Source: an uncultured archaeon
GTDB lineage: Archaea > Asgardarchaeota > Heimdallarchaeia > Heimdallarchaeales > Kariarchaeaceae
NCBI GenBank assembly: GCA_964645535.1
Contig: CAZYCQ010000045.1
Coordinates: 1-28,076 of the forward strand
DNA length: 28,076 nucleotides
Reading direction: 5' to 3'
Shown: positions 7,540-16,286 of the stretch, one piece after another
Layout: each line of letters starts with the position of its first letter
Numbering within the stretch: the stretch's first letter is position 1
The notes under the pieces: model-generated
The model's database searches: none
Told to the model about the DNA's origin: nothing
Seen by the model: the letters and a program-made list of their open reading frames with translations, nothing else
Translations under genes and position numbers: made by a program

Positions 7540-9222
7540 TTATCCTCCATCACCATTATCATTTTGCATTTCATGGGAGTGTTTCTCCGATTCTGCACTT
7601 GTCATTTTTTGCAATTCTGGTTCTTCTTGATTTTCTTCTTCTTTGCTTTGGAAGATCTTTTCCTCATGCCCTGAAGCTTCTTCACTCTGCTCTTTCTCTT
7701 CATCTCCCTCAGATCCGATTTCTTGAGGTTTAAGCCAGTTAATAAGGGATTGGCTGATAAACTCAATAATATCTCTATTAAGAGTTGGATCAAATTCCTT
7801 AAATGTAATCCCAAATTCGTCTTTTAACGATTTTTGCAGATTCTCAGAAAACAAATCTATTGGTATGCCGTTGATAATGGCATTATTGTAGAGAGAAGCA
7901 ACTGCTGTTTTTATTTCTTCCTCTTTGAGGTCATTATGGCTTTTTCTTTTGAATTTAATGAGTTTGTCCGTAAAAATCAGGATCAATTGGGTTGCTTTCT
8001 CACCTTTTTCCACCATCTTCTCCATTGCCGAAGATGCTTCAATGTGAACAATTTTTTTCATGATAAGGGGAAATGCTTCTTGGACTGCCAATATCAGTGC
8101 CATTTCTGGATTTTGCTCACCAGCATCCATTATATGGGCTTTTTCTTCCTCAATCAGATCTCTAAGTTCTGAAATCACATCTTCTATTCGAGTTTGGCTT
8201 GATTCCTCTAATATCTTCTTTACAATGAGTTCTAAAAGAAAAAGCGGATCAGAAATATTACTTTCAAACATGGTTTGTTCAAACGCTTCAAGAATCTTAT
8301 CCATTGATGATTCTAATTCCTCCGACCTAACCAATTTAATGAAATTAAGAACTGCATCCTCCCGATAGATTTGCTCCGTTTGTTTTTCATTTTTCATGAA
8401 TCTTTCTATCAACCCAACCAGAACCAATGTTGCAAAAAATCTTTTGTCTACAGCCCCTGAAAATTTTGAATCCACATTTTCTTTATGCTTCCTGATTTCC
8501 CTTAGAAGAAATTGCCGAAATGCTTCTGCATCATTGATCAATGTGTTTCTTTCTTCTAAAATTTCTTCTAATTCCATTTCTCGCAATCGGTTTTCCAATT
8601 TTCTGATGGCTCCATCCACAAGGTCTTCTCCCAACCGTACTGTGGCATTTAGAATTAAGGCCATTAGGAGTTCCGTTTGGTTGACTGATGGTTTGTATTC
8701 ATACTGAGATAACCACAAATCAAGTATTGGTTGTCCAATATTTTGTGACAAATTTTCCAGCTCAATTAAAAGATAAAGCATATCGTCCGGTTCCGAACTA
8801 CTGTCAACAAAAAGTCCTCTCCAAATTTGAAGAACCTTCTGTACTTTTGGTCGTAAAATCTCTTCCGTCTTGCTTCTGAAAAATACTACCCATGCTCCAA
8901 ACTCCAAACTCACTCGAACCAAATGGCTTTCAATTGTGGGAAATTCTGTGGCTTCAAGATATCTTTCCAACCATTTGAAATCTTCTTCCAATATCCTTAT
9001 TGGAATGTTGAAATTGGAATGGAGAACATGGATGGTCTTCTTGATGGGTGTGGGATAATCCATATAATGAATTGAAATATCGAACTCCTTGTCATCTGCC
9101 CTTGTATAAAGTGTAAGTAGATCGGAATAGATTTTCCCCAAATATTCGGATATGTTTTCCTTTTCCTCTTCCGAATTGATGAACCGATCAGAGAATGCCA
9201 TCCAAATAACTGAAGCTTTCAA
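7540..9222 (-). CDS. Hypothetical alpha-helical/coiled-coil protein with an acidic disordered tail
   Basis: 560-aa ORF rich in E, L, K and I; the last ~60 aa are low-complexity and acidic. Confidence 0.75.
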   Translation of the reverse strand: MKASVIWMAFSDRFINSEEEKENISEYLGKIYSDLLTLYTRADDKEFDISIHYMDYPTPIKKTIHVLHSNFNIPIRILEEDFKWLERYLEATEFPTIESHLVRVSLEFGAWVVFFRSKTEEILRPKVQKVLQIWRGLFVDSSSEPDDMLYLLIELENLSQNIGQPILDLWLSQYEYKPSVNQTELLMALILNATVRLGEDLVDGAIRKLENRLREMELEEILEERNTLINDAEAFRQFLLREIRKHKENVDSKFSGAVDKRFFATLVLVGLIERFMKNEKQTEQIYREDAVLNFIKLVRSEELESSMDKILEAFEQTMFESNISDPLFLLELIVKKILEESSQTRIEDVISELRDLIEEEKAHIMDAGEQNPEMALILAVQEAFPLIMKKIVHIEASSAMEKMVEKGEKATQLILIFTDKLIKFKRKSHNDLKEEEIKTAVASLYNNAIINGIPIDLFSENLQKSLKDEFGITFKEFDPTLNRDIIEFISQSLINWLKPQEIGSEGDEEKEQSEEASGHEEKIFQSKEEENQEEPELQKMTSAESEKHSHEMQNDNGDGG

Positions 9223-9318
9223 TGTTATTAAATTAATTGCTTTCTAATTTGTTTATTAGAAGAAACCTCACCGTCAATTCTCAAAAAGGTTAAATTACTT
9301 CGCAACCAAATTAAAATA

Positions 9319-10548
9319 ATGAGCAAGGAGGATTATGGTGATATCATTGATGAAAAGATTAATGATCTACCTCTAAGAATTTTCTCCTTGCCCATTTTCC
9401 GAGACTATGGAATTTATTTTATTGCAATTCTCAAATTCGACATGTTTCTTGGACCAGTTCTTTATTACAAAGAAATCAAGCAAGGTTCTGAATATTTAGG
9501 CAATTTGCTCAATATTAGAAGAATGGCTGAAGTTTATGCAGGTTTGGCAGAAAACAGCATTAGGCAACTCACCATCTCCGATCGTGAAGTAGTTTTGATA
9601 GGACGTATCATTGAAAAGGAAGATATGGAAAGTACAACTCTTCTATTGGTTAGCATGCTTCCATCTGACAAAACTAAACTTCTTGAGAACGCAGTTCAAA
9701 GCGCTCTTCTTTCTTCTGGAGGTTCTCCTGAAAAGGTTGGTGAAGTATTGAAACAAGAAATCTCTGCAATTGAGAATCAAATCACAAAAACAATTACCAC
9801 AAAAAAATTGGGTATTGCATTTAAAGTACTCTCCGACAACCGGCCTTTTAGAAACCTTAATTTGACCAATATCAAAGGCGCCTTGATTGTTGATAAAGAA
9901 ACTCGTTTTGTTGATTTTCGGTTTATCCCACAATTCATCGACCAAAAGACAATAGTCCCAAAAGAGTTCATGAATGAATTGGCAGATACCCTTCTTGCAA
10001 TCAAGCAAGGAAAACTAGCCTCTGTTTATGTGGAAAATATCCATTTCATTAGTGCAACTTCTGATTCCCAGTTTTTTCTTTTTCTCTTTCTTCCCTCTCC
10101 AAACCCTATATTTGCTAGCCGAATTGCTGAATGGATTTTTCCTTTCATAGCCGCTCTAAAAATCCATTGGAAGAACGCAAGCCATGAGGAAGTTTTTACC
10201 GCTTTACAATTTTTGGATAAAGCAGGTATACGAAGAACTCCTGAGGGCTATATCTTTAAAATCACCCAAATAGCCTTGATGAGTGATCGTCTAAAGCCGA
10301 TTGCAAACACAGAGAATTCAGATGCATTTTCCATAGAACCTCCTCCAAATATCAGCAATAAACAATGGAAATCCATTCGACATCTGGATGGAACTTATTC
10401 AATTTCCCAATTGGCCGATATTTGGCTTATCAGTAAGCTTGAAACAATTTTCATCTTACAGTGGGCAATATCAAGGAATTTGATATCATACCTATCAGAA
10501 TCACACCAGCAATTGCAGGTCTTCTCTCACTACAACAATTTTAAGTAA
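9319..10548 (+). CDS. Longin/uDENN-like (NPRL2-like) protein with a C-terminal winged helix
   Basis: N-terminal IAILKFDMFLGPVLYY (uDENN/longin F-x4-GP hairpin) and C-terminal HLDGTYSISQLA...LETIFILQWAISRNLI. The ORF is secure; the family call is by eye. Confidence 0.55.
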   Translation: MSKEDYGDIIDEKINDLPLRIFSLPIFRDYGIYFIAILKFDMFLGPVLYYKEIKQGSEYLGNLLNIRRMAEVYAGLAENSIRQLTISDREVVLIGRIIEKEDMESTTLLLVSMLPSDKTKLLENAVQSALLSSGGSPEKVGEVLKQEISAIENQITKTITTKKLGIAFKVLSDNRPFRNLNLTNIKGALIVDKETRFVDFRFIPQFIDQKTIVPKEFMNELADTLLAIKQGKLASVYVENIHFISATSDSQFFLFLFLPSPNPIFASRIAEWIFPFIAALKIHWKNASHEEVFTALQFLDKAGIRRTPEGYIFKITQIALMSDRLKPIANTENSDAFSIEPPPNISNKQWKSIRHLDGTYSISQLADIWLISKLETIFILQWAISRNLISYLSESHQQLQVFSHYNNFK

Positions 10549-10569
10549 GGTCAACCATTTTTGATTTGA

Positions 10570-11496
10570 ATGTCCATTTCCTTCTTTGATGACACCTCAA
10601 AATTAGCAATAGCGACCTATCTCCAATGGTTGGTGGATTTGGGGCTCATTGACTTACTCAGAAGTCATCTTTTCCCAGAAAAATTGATTTTTGAAAGAAA
10701 ATGGGCAGAATCTGCTGTGCCTTTGTTCATGGATATCCTCTCTTTCCTTACTGAAAAGGATATTTTGAAAAATGAAGGGGGAACAATTTCTCTTACCGTA
10801 AAAGGAGAAAAATTTCTGCAAACAAAAGACAAAGTAGAAATTTCTCCAGCCAATCCTGTTTTCCATTATTTGAGGATTGGATTGGAAAAATTGAAAAAGT
10901 TACTGAACCATGATGAAAACATCTTCATCTTGGATCGCGATTGTTTCCTGTTGGAAAATGCCTTTACATATCCCTATAGATTGGAACTTCTTCCATTATT
11001 GAAAAAAATATATCGAGAAGAATTGAAATTGGATAGACCTCCAAAAGTCGCATTGGTCGGGAATTTTGTTGAATGGTTTCTTCCCTCAATTGTTGACCTT
11101 ATAGAAACTCCTGACCAAGTTCATCTGATTGTTCCTTCGGAATTGGCAGTGGAGAGAGGTATATCTTTTGCCGAACTAGATGAAAGGACAGCTATTTTCT
11201 CACCAAATTTTAAAACCTATAATTCAAAGTTCAATGATCAATACGATCTAATTTTCCATTTTTTTGCGTTTGGGTTTGATATAAACCCTTCTGATCTAAA
11301 TGATTTATTGATGAACCATCTCGCTGAAAAGGGAATTTTGGTAGGTGTTTTTCCAATTGGCTTAGCTCGATGTGGAATTGAACCTCTCTTCCCACTAATT
11401 GATACATGGCAAGGAAACTTTTCTCCAGAAAAGATCATTATGGATCTTGAAAAGGTGAAGGATGAAAAATTCTTAAGAATCCTGAAAAAACGATGA
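10570..11496 (+). CDS. Degenerate class I methyltransferase-fold protein with an N-terminal wHTH/dimerisation-like domain
   Basis: LVDLGLIDLL...LTEKDIL...SLTVKG resembles the O-methyltransferase N-domain; YDLIF and HLAEKGILV resemble conserved MTase core strands. Motif I is eroded (VALVGNFVE). Confidence 0.5.
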   Translation: MSISFFDDTSKLAIATYLQWLVDLGLIDLLRSHLFPEKLIFERKWAESAVPLFMDILSFLTEKDILKNEGGTISLTVKGEKFLQTKDKVEISPANPVFHYLRIGLEKLKKLLNHDENIFILDRDCFLLENAFTYPYRLELLPLLKKIYREELKLDRPPKVALVGNFVEWFLPSIVDLIETPDQVHLIVPSELAVERGISFAELDERTAIFSPNFKTYNSKFNDQYDLIFHFFAFGFDINPSDLNDLLMNHLAEKGILVGVFPIGLARCGIEPLFPLIDTWQGNFSPEKIIMDLEKVKDEKFLRILKKR

Positions 11497-11563
11497 AATA
11501 TGGTTGATCCGGGTTGGAAATAACTACAGACTTTTAGTCATTGAGAATAGAGGGAATAAGAGA

Positions 11564-14251
11564 ATGAAAATTCCCCCATTTGATTCAATTCTGTTCTTTC
11601 ATTGGAAAAAGCAATCCGAAAAGGATTATGCTGTATCATTCTTTATTTTGAATGTTTCAGCTAATCCAAACCGGCAATTGCCAATCCTGAGAGGGAAAAT
11701 TTTCTTCACCTTAAGAGGGGAACGGCTCTATCCTGTAAAAGTTGAAGTTTTCAAAGGCAATCTTTCTCGTTTCAAAACATATAAGCTCTTCAAAGAGGAA
11801 TTTCTTTCCAAAGTTCAATACATATTTGTTCCTGATGATGAAACCATTCCGATACAGAAAGAATTTGTTGAATTCATGGAAAAAGAAGGATTCCCTACAC
11901 CTCGAAGAATAACAATTTGTCGATTGTGCTTTTCAAACTTCCAACGTGTCACGTTGCTCTCCAAAAAGAACTTTATTGATTACTACGGAAAAAAAGTTTG
12001 CAAAAGCTGTGCAATGAAAGAAGTAAGGGAAGAATTTACCAAGAGTGGGATTGAAATCACTGAATCTACAACATCGTTTTACAAGCAGCAATTACACCAG
12101 ACCAAATCGGTAGAAAAAACCATAGGGCTTTTGGAGACAAGAAACAAATCAAAAATCAAACAAGGAAGTACTTTGTTTGATGTAATCCCCGCAGACACTT
12201 CCTATTCTCCCATTCCCTTGAAGAAAGGATTAATGAAGTTCGTAAAAAAGGGAATACTTACAACCGAAACCATCAACCTTTGGGAAAAATCATCTTACAA
12301 TCTTCTTCTTCCTGTCCAACAAGAGGCATTGAAAAATGGTCTGCTTGATCTTGAGGATCTGCTTGTTGTTGCAGGAACCTCCTCAGGAAAAACATTTGTT
12401 GGAGAAATTGCAGGCATCTCGAACATTATTCGTCACAAAACAAAATTTGTGTTTTTGACTCCGTTGGTTTCCTTGACAAATCAGAAATACGAACAATTCA
12501 AAAAAAGATATCGTTCAATTGGTTTTAGGGTTGCTATCAGAGTGGGAATGACCAAAATCAATGTTCGGGATCAAGAAAAGGTGATTATTGACGGCAACGT
12601 GTCACAAGCAGATATCATTGTTGCAACATATGAGGCATATGATTGGATCCTCAGAAGCAAACAATACAAGAAAATGGGTGATGTAGGATGCTTGGTTGTT
12701 GATGAAGTCCAACTTCTTGCAGATGAAGAACGTGGTCAGGAATTAGATGGAATAATTGCACGTACCCGTAAAGTTTTTCCTCGTTGTCAAGTCATTGCTC
12801 TCTCTGCAACAATCGGAAACCCAGAAGAATTGGCAAGTGATCTTGACCTGAAATTAGTGCATTACGACCATCGTCCAATACCATTGGAACGACATCTAGT
12901 GATCACTGAGAAAGAAGAAAACAAACCAGCAATAATAAGTGAAATCATTCGAAAAGGATTGGAAGAAACCTCTTCAACTGGGTACAAAGGGAGATCTTTG
13001 ATATTCACCAATTCAAGAAGAAGGGCGCAGGAACTTGCTTCTCATTTTCGAAGCTATGGACTTCGTGTAACTCATTACCATGCCGGTTTGACATATTACG
13101 AAAGAAAGAAGGTCGAAACTATGTTTGAGAAACAGCAACTTGACGCCATTGTGACAACTGCTGCTCTTGGTGCTGGCGTAGATTTTCCAGTATCTCAGGT
13201 CATTCTTGAGCGGCCTTCTATGGGCGCCAAATGGCTGACGGTTGCTGAATTTCATCAAATGTACGGAAGGGCAGGGAGGTATGGATACCATGATATTGGA
13301 AGAGTTTATTTGGTGGTAACTCCTGGAGCGAAATTATATTCTGCTATGGATCGATCTGAAGAAGTGGTTGCATTTGACCTGCTTGTAAAGGAAATTGAAC
13401 CAATTGATATCGACATTGACTTCTATAAGGAACTTGAACAGGTGCTTGCAGGAATTGCAACTCTTCGCCCCGTTACTTTTGGACTTATTGGAGAGTATTA
13501 CCGTACACTTCTGTTTAACACAAACCAGCTAAATGGAATTGTTTCTTCATTGGAAAACCTAAAGCTGATAGTGAATTCAAAACCACAAATAAAATTGACA
13601 TCACTTGGAAAGGCAATTGCAGAGAGTTTCCTTGATCCGAAACTTGGAAATCAGGTTGCCAAAAGACTTTTGAAAGAAGATGTCCAATTAATTGCAATTG
13701 ATTTAGCTCCATTCACCGCGATCCATCTTTCTCCAAGAGCACAGGCTGAACTTGAACAAGCATTGAAATACCGTTTACCTTCAAGGTTTCTTTCAGATGG
13801 TGTCCTTGAAGGAATTACTCAAGGGGCAAACTTGGGGGGCACTTTCTCCAAATCCCTAACCCAAAGAATGAAAAAATGGCAATCCGAATTTCTAGATTGT
13901 CAATGCAGAGAAAATCCCTATTGTGACCATCCTCTGCAAAAAATAACGAAAGTAATGATTGATCTTCGAAAAGAGGGATTGGGACCTGTGGAAATAAACT
14001 ATGAACTCATAAAACGATACGACCTGTCTGCGTTTCCCGGAGATATTTTCTCTTGGTTGGAAGAATTTGTTCATGCAATAGAAACCATTTCTCGAATCGC
14101 AAAGGCGCTAAATCTTAATGACAAAATGCAGGAAATCGCTGACTTGAAAGAAGGAATTGTCCAGTTGGGAGTTTACAAAAAACCAATTAAAAAAAGAAAA
14201 TCCACCCCCATAAAAAAGAAAAGACTAGGTAGCGGAAAATCAGAAACTTGA
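11564..14251 (+). CDS. Archaeal Ski2-like SF2 helicase (ASH-Ski2/COG1202 type)
   Basis: N-terminal CxxC...CxxC, Q-motif LLPVQ, AGTSSGKT, DEVQ, SAT, YHAGL, QMYGRAGR, and C-terminal CxCxxxPYCxH. ATG at 11564 follows GAGGG; the ORF-track TTG at 11504 is an alternative. Confidence 0.88.
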   Translation: MKIPPFDSILFFHWKKQSEKDYAVSFFILNVSANPNRQLPILRGKIFFTLRGERLYPVKVEVFKGNLSRFKTYKLFKEEFLSKVQYIFVPDDETIPIQKEFVEFMEKEGFPTPRRITICRLCFSNFQRVTLLSKKNFIDYYGKKVCKSCAMKEVREEFTKSGIEITESTTSFYKQQLHQTKSVEKTIGLLETRNKSKIKQGSTLFDVIPADTSYSPIPLKKGLMKFVKKGILTTETINLWEKSSYNLLLPVQQEALKNGLLDLEDLLVVAGTSSGKTFVGEIAGISNIIRHKTKFVFLTPLVSLTNQKYEQFKKRYRSIGFRVAIRVGMTKINVRDQEKVIIDGNVSQADIIVATYEAYDWILRSKQYKKMGDVGCLVVDEVQLLADEERGQELDGIIARTRKVFPRCQVIALSATIGNPEELASDLDLKLVHYDHRPIPLERHLVITEKEENKPAIISEIIRKGLEETSSTGYKGRSLIFTNSRRRAQELASHFRSYGLRVTHYHAGLTYYERKKVETMFEKQQLDAIVTTAALGAGVDFPVSQVILERPSMGAKWLTVAEFHQMYGRAGRYGYHDIGRVYLVVTPGAKLYSAMDRSEEVVAFDLLVKEIEPIDIDIDFYKELEQVLAGIATLRPVTFGLIGEYYRTLLFNTNQLNGIVSSLENLKLIVNSKPQIKLTSLGKAIAESFLDPKLGNQVAKRLLKEDVQLIAIDLAPFTAIHLSPRAQAELEQALKYRLPSRFLSDGVLEGITQGANLGGTFSKSLTQRMKKWQSEFLDCQCRENPYCDHPLQKITKVMIDLRKEGLGPVEINYELIKRYDLSAFPGDIFSWLEEFVHAIETISRIAKALNLNDKMQEIADLKEGIVQLGVYKKPIKKRKSTPIKKKRLGSGKSET

Positions 14252-14310
14252 TACTGAAGAAATATTGCCCATGGAAATTTGTTTCCTATTTTGGTATGAA
14301 GGGAATGACA

Positions 14311-14322
14311 TTAATATATATA
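14311..14322 (+). promoter_or_regulatory. Putative TATA box of the ABC exporter operon
   Basis: TTAATATATATA begins 31 nt upstream of ATG 14342, preceded by a purine-rich tract. Confidence 0.4.
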
Positions 14323-14341
14323 GCATGATGATGATACGCCT

Positions 14342-15292
14342 ATGGTTGCCTTGTTGGGAAGGGTTACACAATTTACCCAGAATCTAAGAATTCTTTCAGC
14401 AGTCGTTAAAAGAAATATTATTGTGGATTTACGTTACAAATTCCAAATTTTCGTAGAAATAACATGGACTGCTGTCAACGTTCTGGCGTTTGTTTTGCTT
14501 GGTGCTGCTTGGGATGCAACCTCTTCACCCGCTGGTGTCCCTTATTCAATGGTTACTTTTTTCCTTGTTGCTACTGGATTTTTTACTGTCTTCTCAGGGG
14601 TCATGGAATCTACTGTTGAAGCAGTCTCCGAAGAAAGCAAACTTGGAACCATGGGATTTTTAATCACCAATTCAGTTTCACCCACGACAATTATTTTGGG
14701 AAGGTATATTGCTGCAACGGCAAGATGGCTAGTAGTTCTTTTTGTCATTGTCATCCCTCCATTGATTTTCAAAGGAGTCTATCCCAGTAGCCTTTCATTG
14801 ATTTGGTCTTCAATTCTGGTGTTCATTATGGCTTGGGTTTTCATGGCAGGATTTACTCTTATTCTGACATCAATCTCATTAATATTCAAAAGAACAACCA
14901 CATTCAACAAGGTAGGAATCTATATCGTACGATTTCTTTCTGGAGCAATTGTACCAATTTTCTCATTCGATTCAAATTTCAAATTAATGGGCAGAACCCT
15001 CTCAAGCATTCTCATATGGTTTCCTCCTACCTATGCCCTTGAAAGCCTGAGATGGCTCTTTTCGGTTCAAGATAAGAGTGGTTTAACATTGGGTGGTCTT
15101 CAATCAAAAGATGGTCTTGAATACCGATCATTTAACTCCGTTTTCAATATGAACGCGAAGGACTTCGGCCTTGCAGATCCTACCCTTCAATTGATGTATC
15201 TCATCTCAGGGGTGTTTTTCCTTGCTTCTCTCCTTTTCTCATTTTGGCTGACTAAACTCAGTAGGAAATGGGGAACTATTGAATTCTATTAG
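14342..15292 (+). CDS. ABC-2 type exporter permease
   Basis: About 6 TM; EESKLGT...SVSP and FLSGAIVP...PPTYALESLR patterns; adjacent to an ABC ATPase. Confidence 0.85.
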   Translation: MVALLGRVTQFTQNLRILSAVVKRNIIVDLRYKFQIFVEITWTAVNVLAFVLLGAAWDATSSPAGVPYSMVTFFLVATGFFTVFSGVMESTVEAVSEESKLGTMGFLITNSVSPTTIILGRYIAATARWLVVLFVIVIPPLIFKGVYPSSLSLIWSSILVFIMAWVFMAGFTLILTSISLIFKRTTTFNKVGIYIVRFLSGAIVPIFSFDSNFKLMGRTLSSILIWFPPTYALESLRWLFSVQDKSGLTLGGLQSKDGLEYRSFNSVFNMNAKDFGLADPTLQLMYLISGVFFLASLLFSFWLTKLSRKWGTIEFY

Positions 15293-15304
15293 AGGTGTAT
15301 CCAA

Positions 15305-16243
15305 ATGGTAACATACGCTGTTGAATGTGAAGGGTTGACAAAAACCTTCAAATCACCCCAAAATCGCAATGGTTTGAAAGTTCTAGGAAACATTACGTTT
15401 AAGGTCAAAAAAGGGACAGCTCTTGCCATCACAGGAGGTAACGGTTCTGGAAAGACGACTTTATTGAAGGTTTTGGCAACGCTTTATCTCCCTGATGGAG
15501 GCTCTTGTAAAATTCTTGATTTGGACTTGATTAAACAGGCAAGAGATATACAGGAACGAATTGCCTTTGTTTCAGCAGGTCTCGATTTTCAACGAAAACT
15601 GACCCTTCGAGAAAATCTTGAATTTTTTGCCAAGGTTCAAGGCTCTTCAATAGAGCCCGCACTTCGGTTTCTTGACGAGATGAATATGGGACATATTGTA
15701 GATCAAAGAACTGAAACCTTCAGCGAAGGACAAAAAGCAATTACTAGACTTGCAATTGGCCTAATGAAGGAGCACAGTGAAATCTTGATGTTGGATGAAG
15801 TCACACTCGGTCTAGACGTAACAAGAAAAGAAGAAGTGATAGATTATCTTTCTAAATCGATAAAGAAGAAAACCCTACTGATTGTTGATCACGACAGCGA
15901 TGTTATTGAAAGACTTTGTGATCAGGTTTTGATCCTCAAACCTGGTGGCTATGTGGATACCATACTAACTGTTGAACAACTTTTGAAATCCCTCCCTTAT
16001 TCCCACGAAATAACTGCCGTTCCCATCCGCCAGCTTCAGGATCGTGAAGTAAAGGAAATTTGGCCCCATTTCCTGAGAAATGGAGGTATCCTGAAATTTT
16101 ATCCAATCAATCAAATCCAGGCTGAAAGGATAACAAATCGATTGTTGAAATCCAATCTAATGTCAAGCGTCCAAACTCGAAAAATTGACCTTAATGAATA
16201 TGCAATTAGATATGGACAAAGCTCGCTTTCTGAACTCGTTTGA
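15305..16243 (+). CDS. ABC transporter ATP-binding protein
   Basis: Walker A GGNGSGKTT, variant signature FSEGQ, Walker B LMLDE, H-loop VDHD; GAGGTG SD upstream. Confidence 0.92.
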   Translation: MVTYAVECEGLTKTFKSPQNRNGLKVLGNITFKVKKGTALAITGGNGSGKTTLLKVLATLYLPDGGSCKILDLDLIKQARDIQERIAFVSAGLDFQRKLTLRENLEFFAKVQGSSIEPALRFLDEMNMGHIVDQRTETFSEGQKAITRLAIGLMKEHSEILMLDEVTLGLDVTRKEEVIDYLSKSIKKKTLLIVDHDSDVIERLCDQVLILKPGGYVDTILTVEQLLKSLPYSHEITAVPIRQLQDREVKEIWPHFLRNGGILKFYPINQIQAERITNRLLKSNLMSSVQTRKIDLNEYAIRYGQSSLSELV

Positions 16244-16286
16244 ATTACAACAAAACTGTTAACTAATCTATAAATTATTTGATCAT

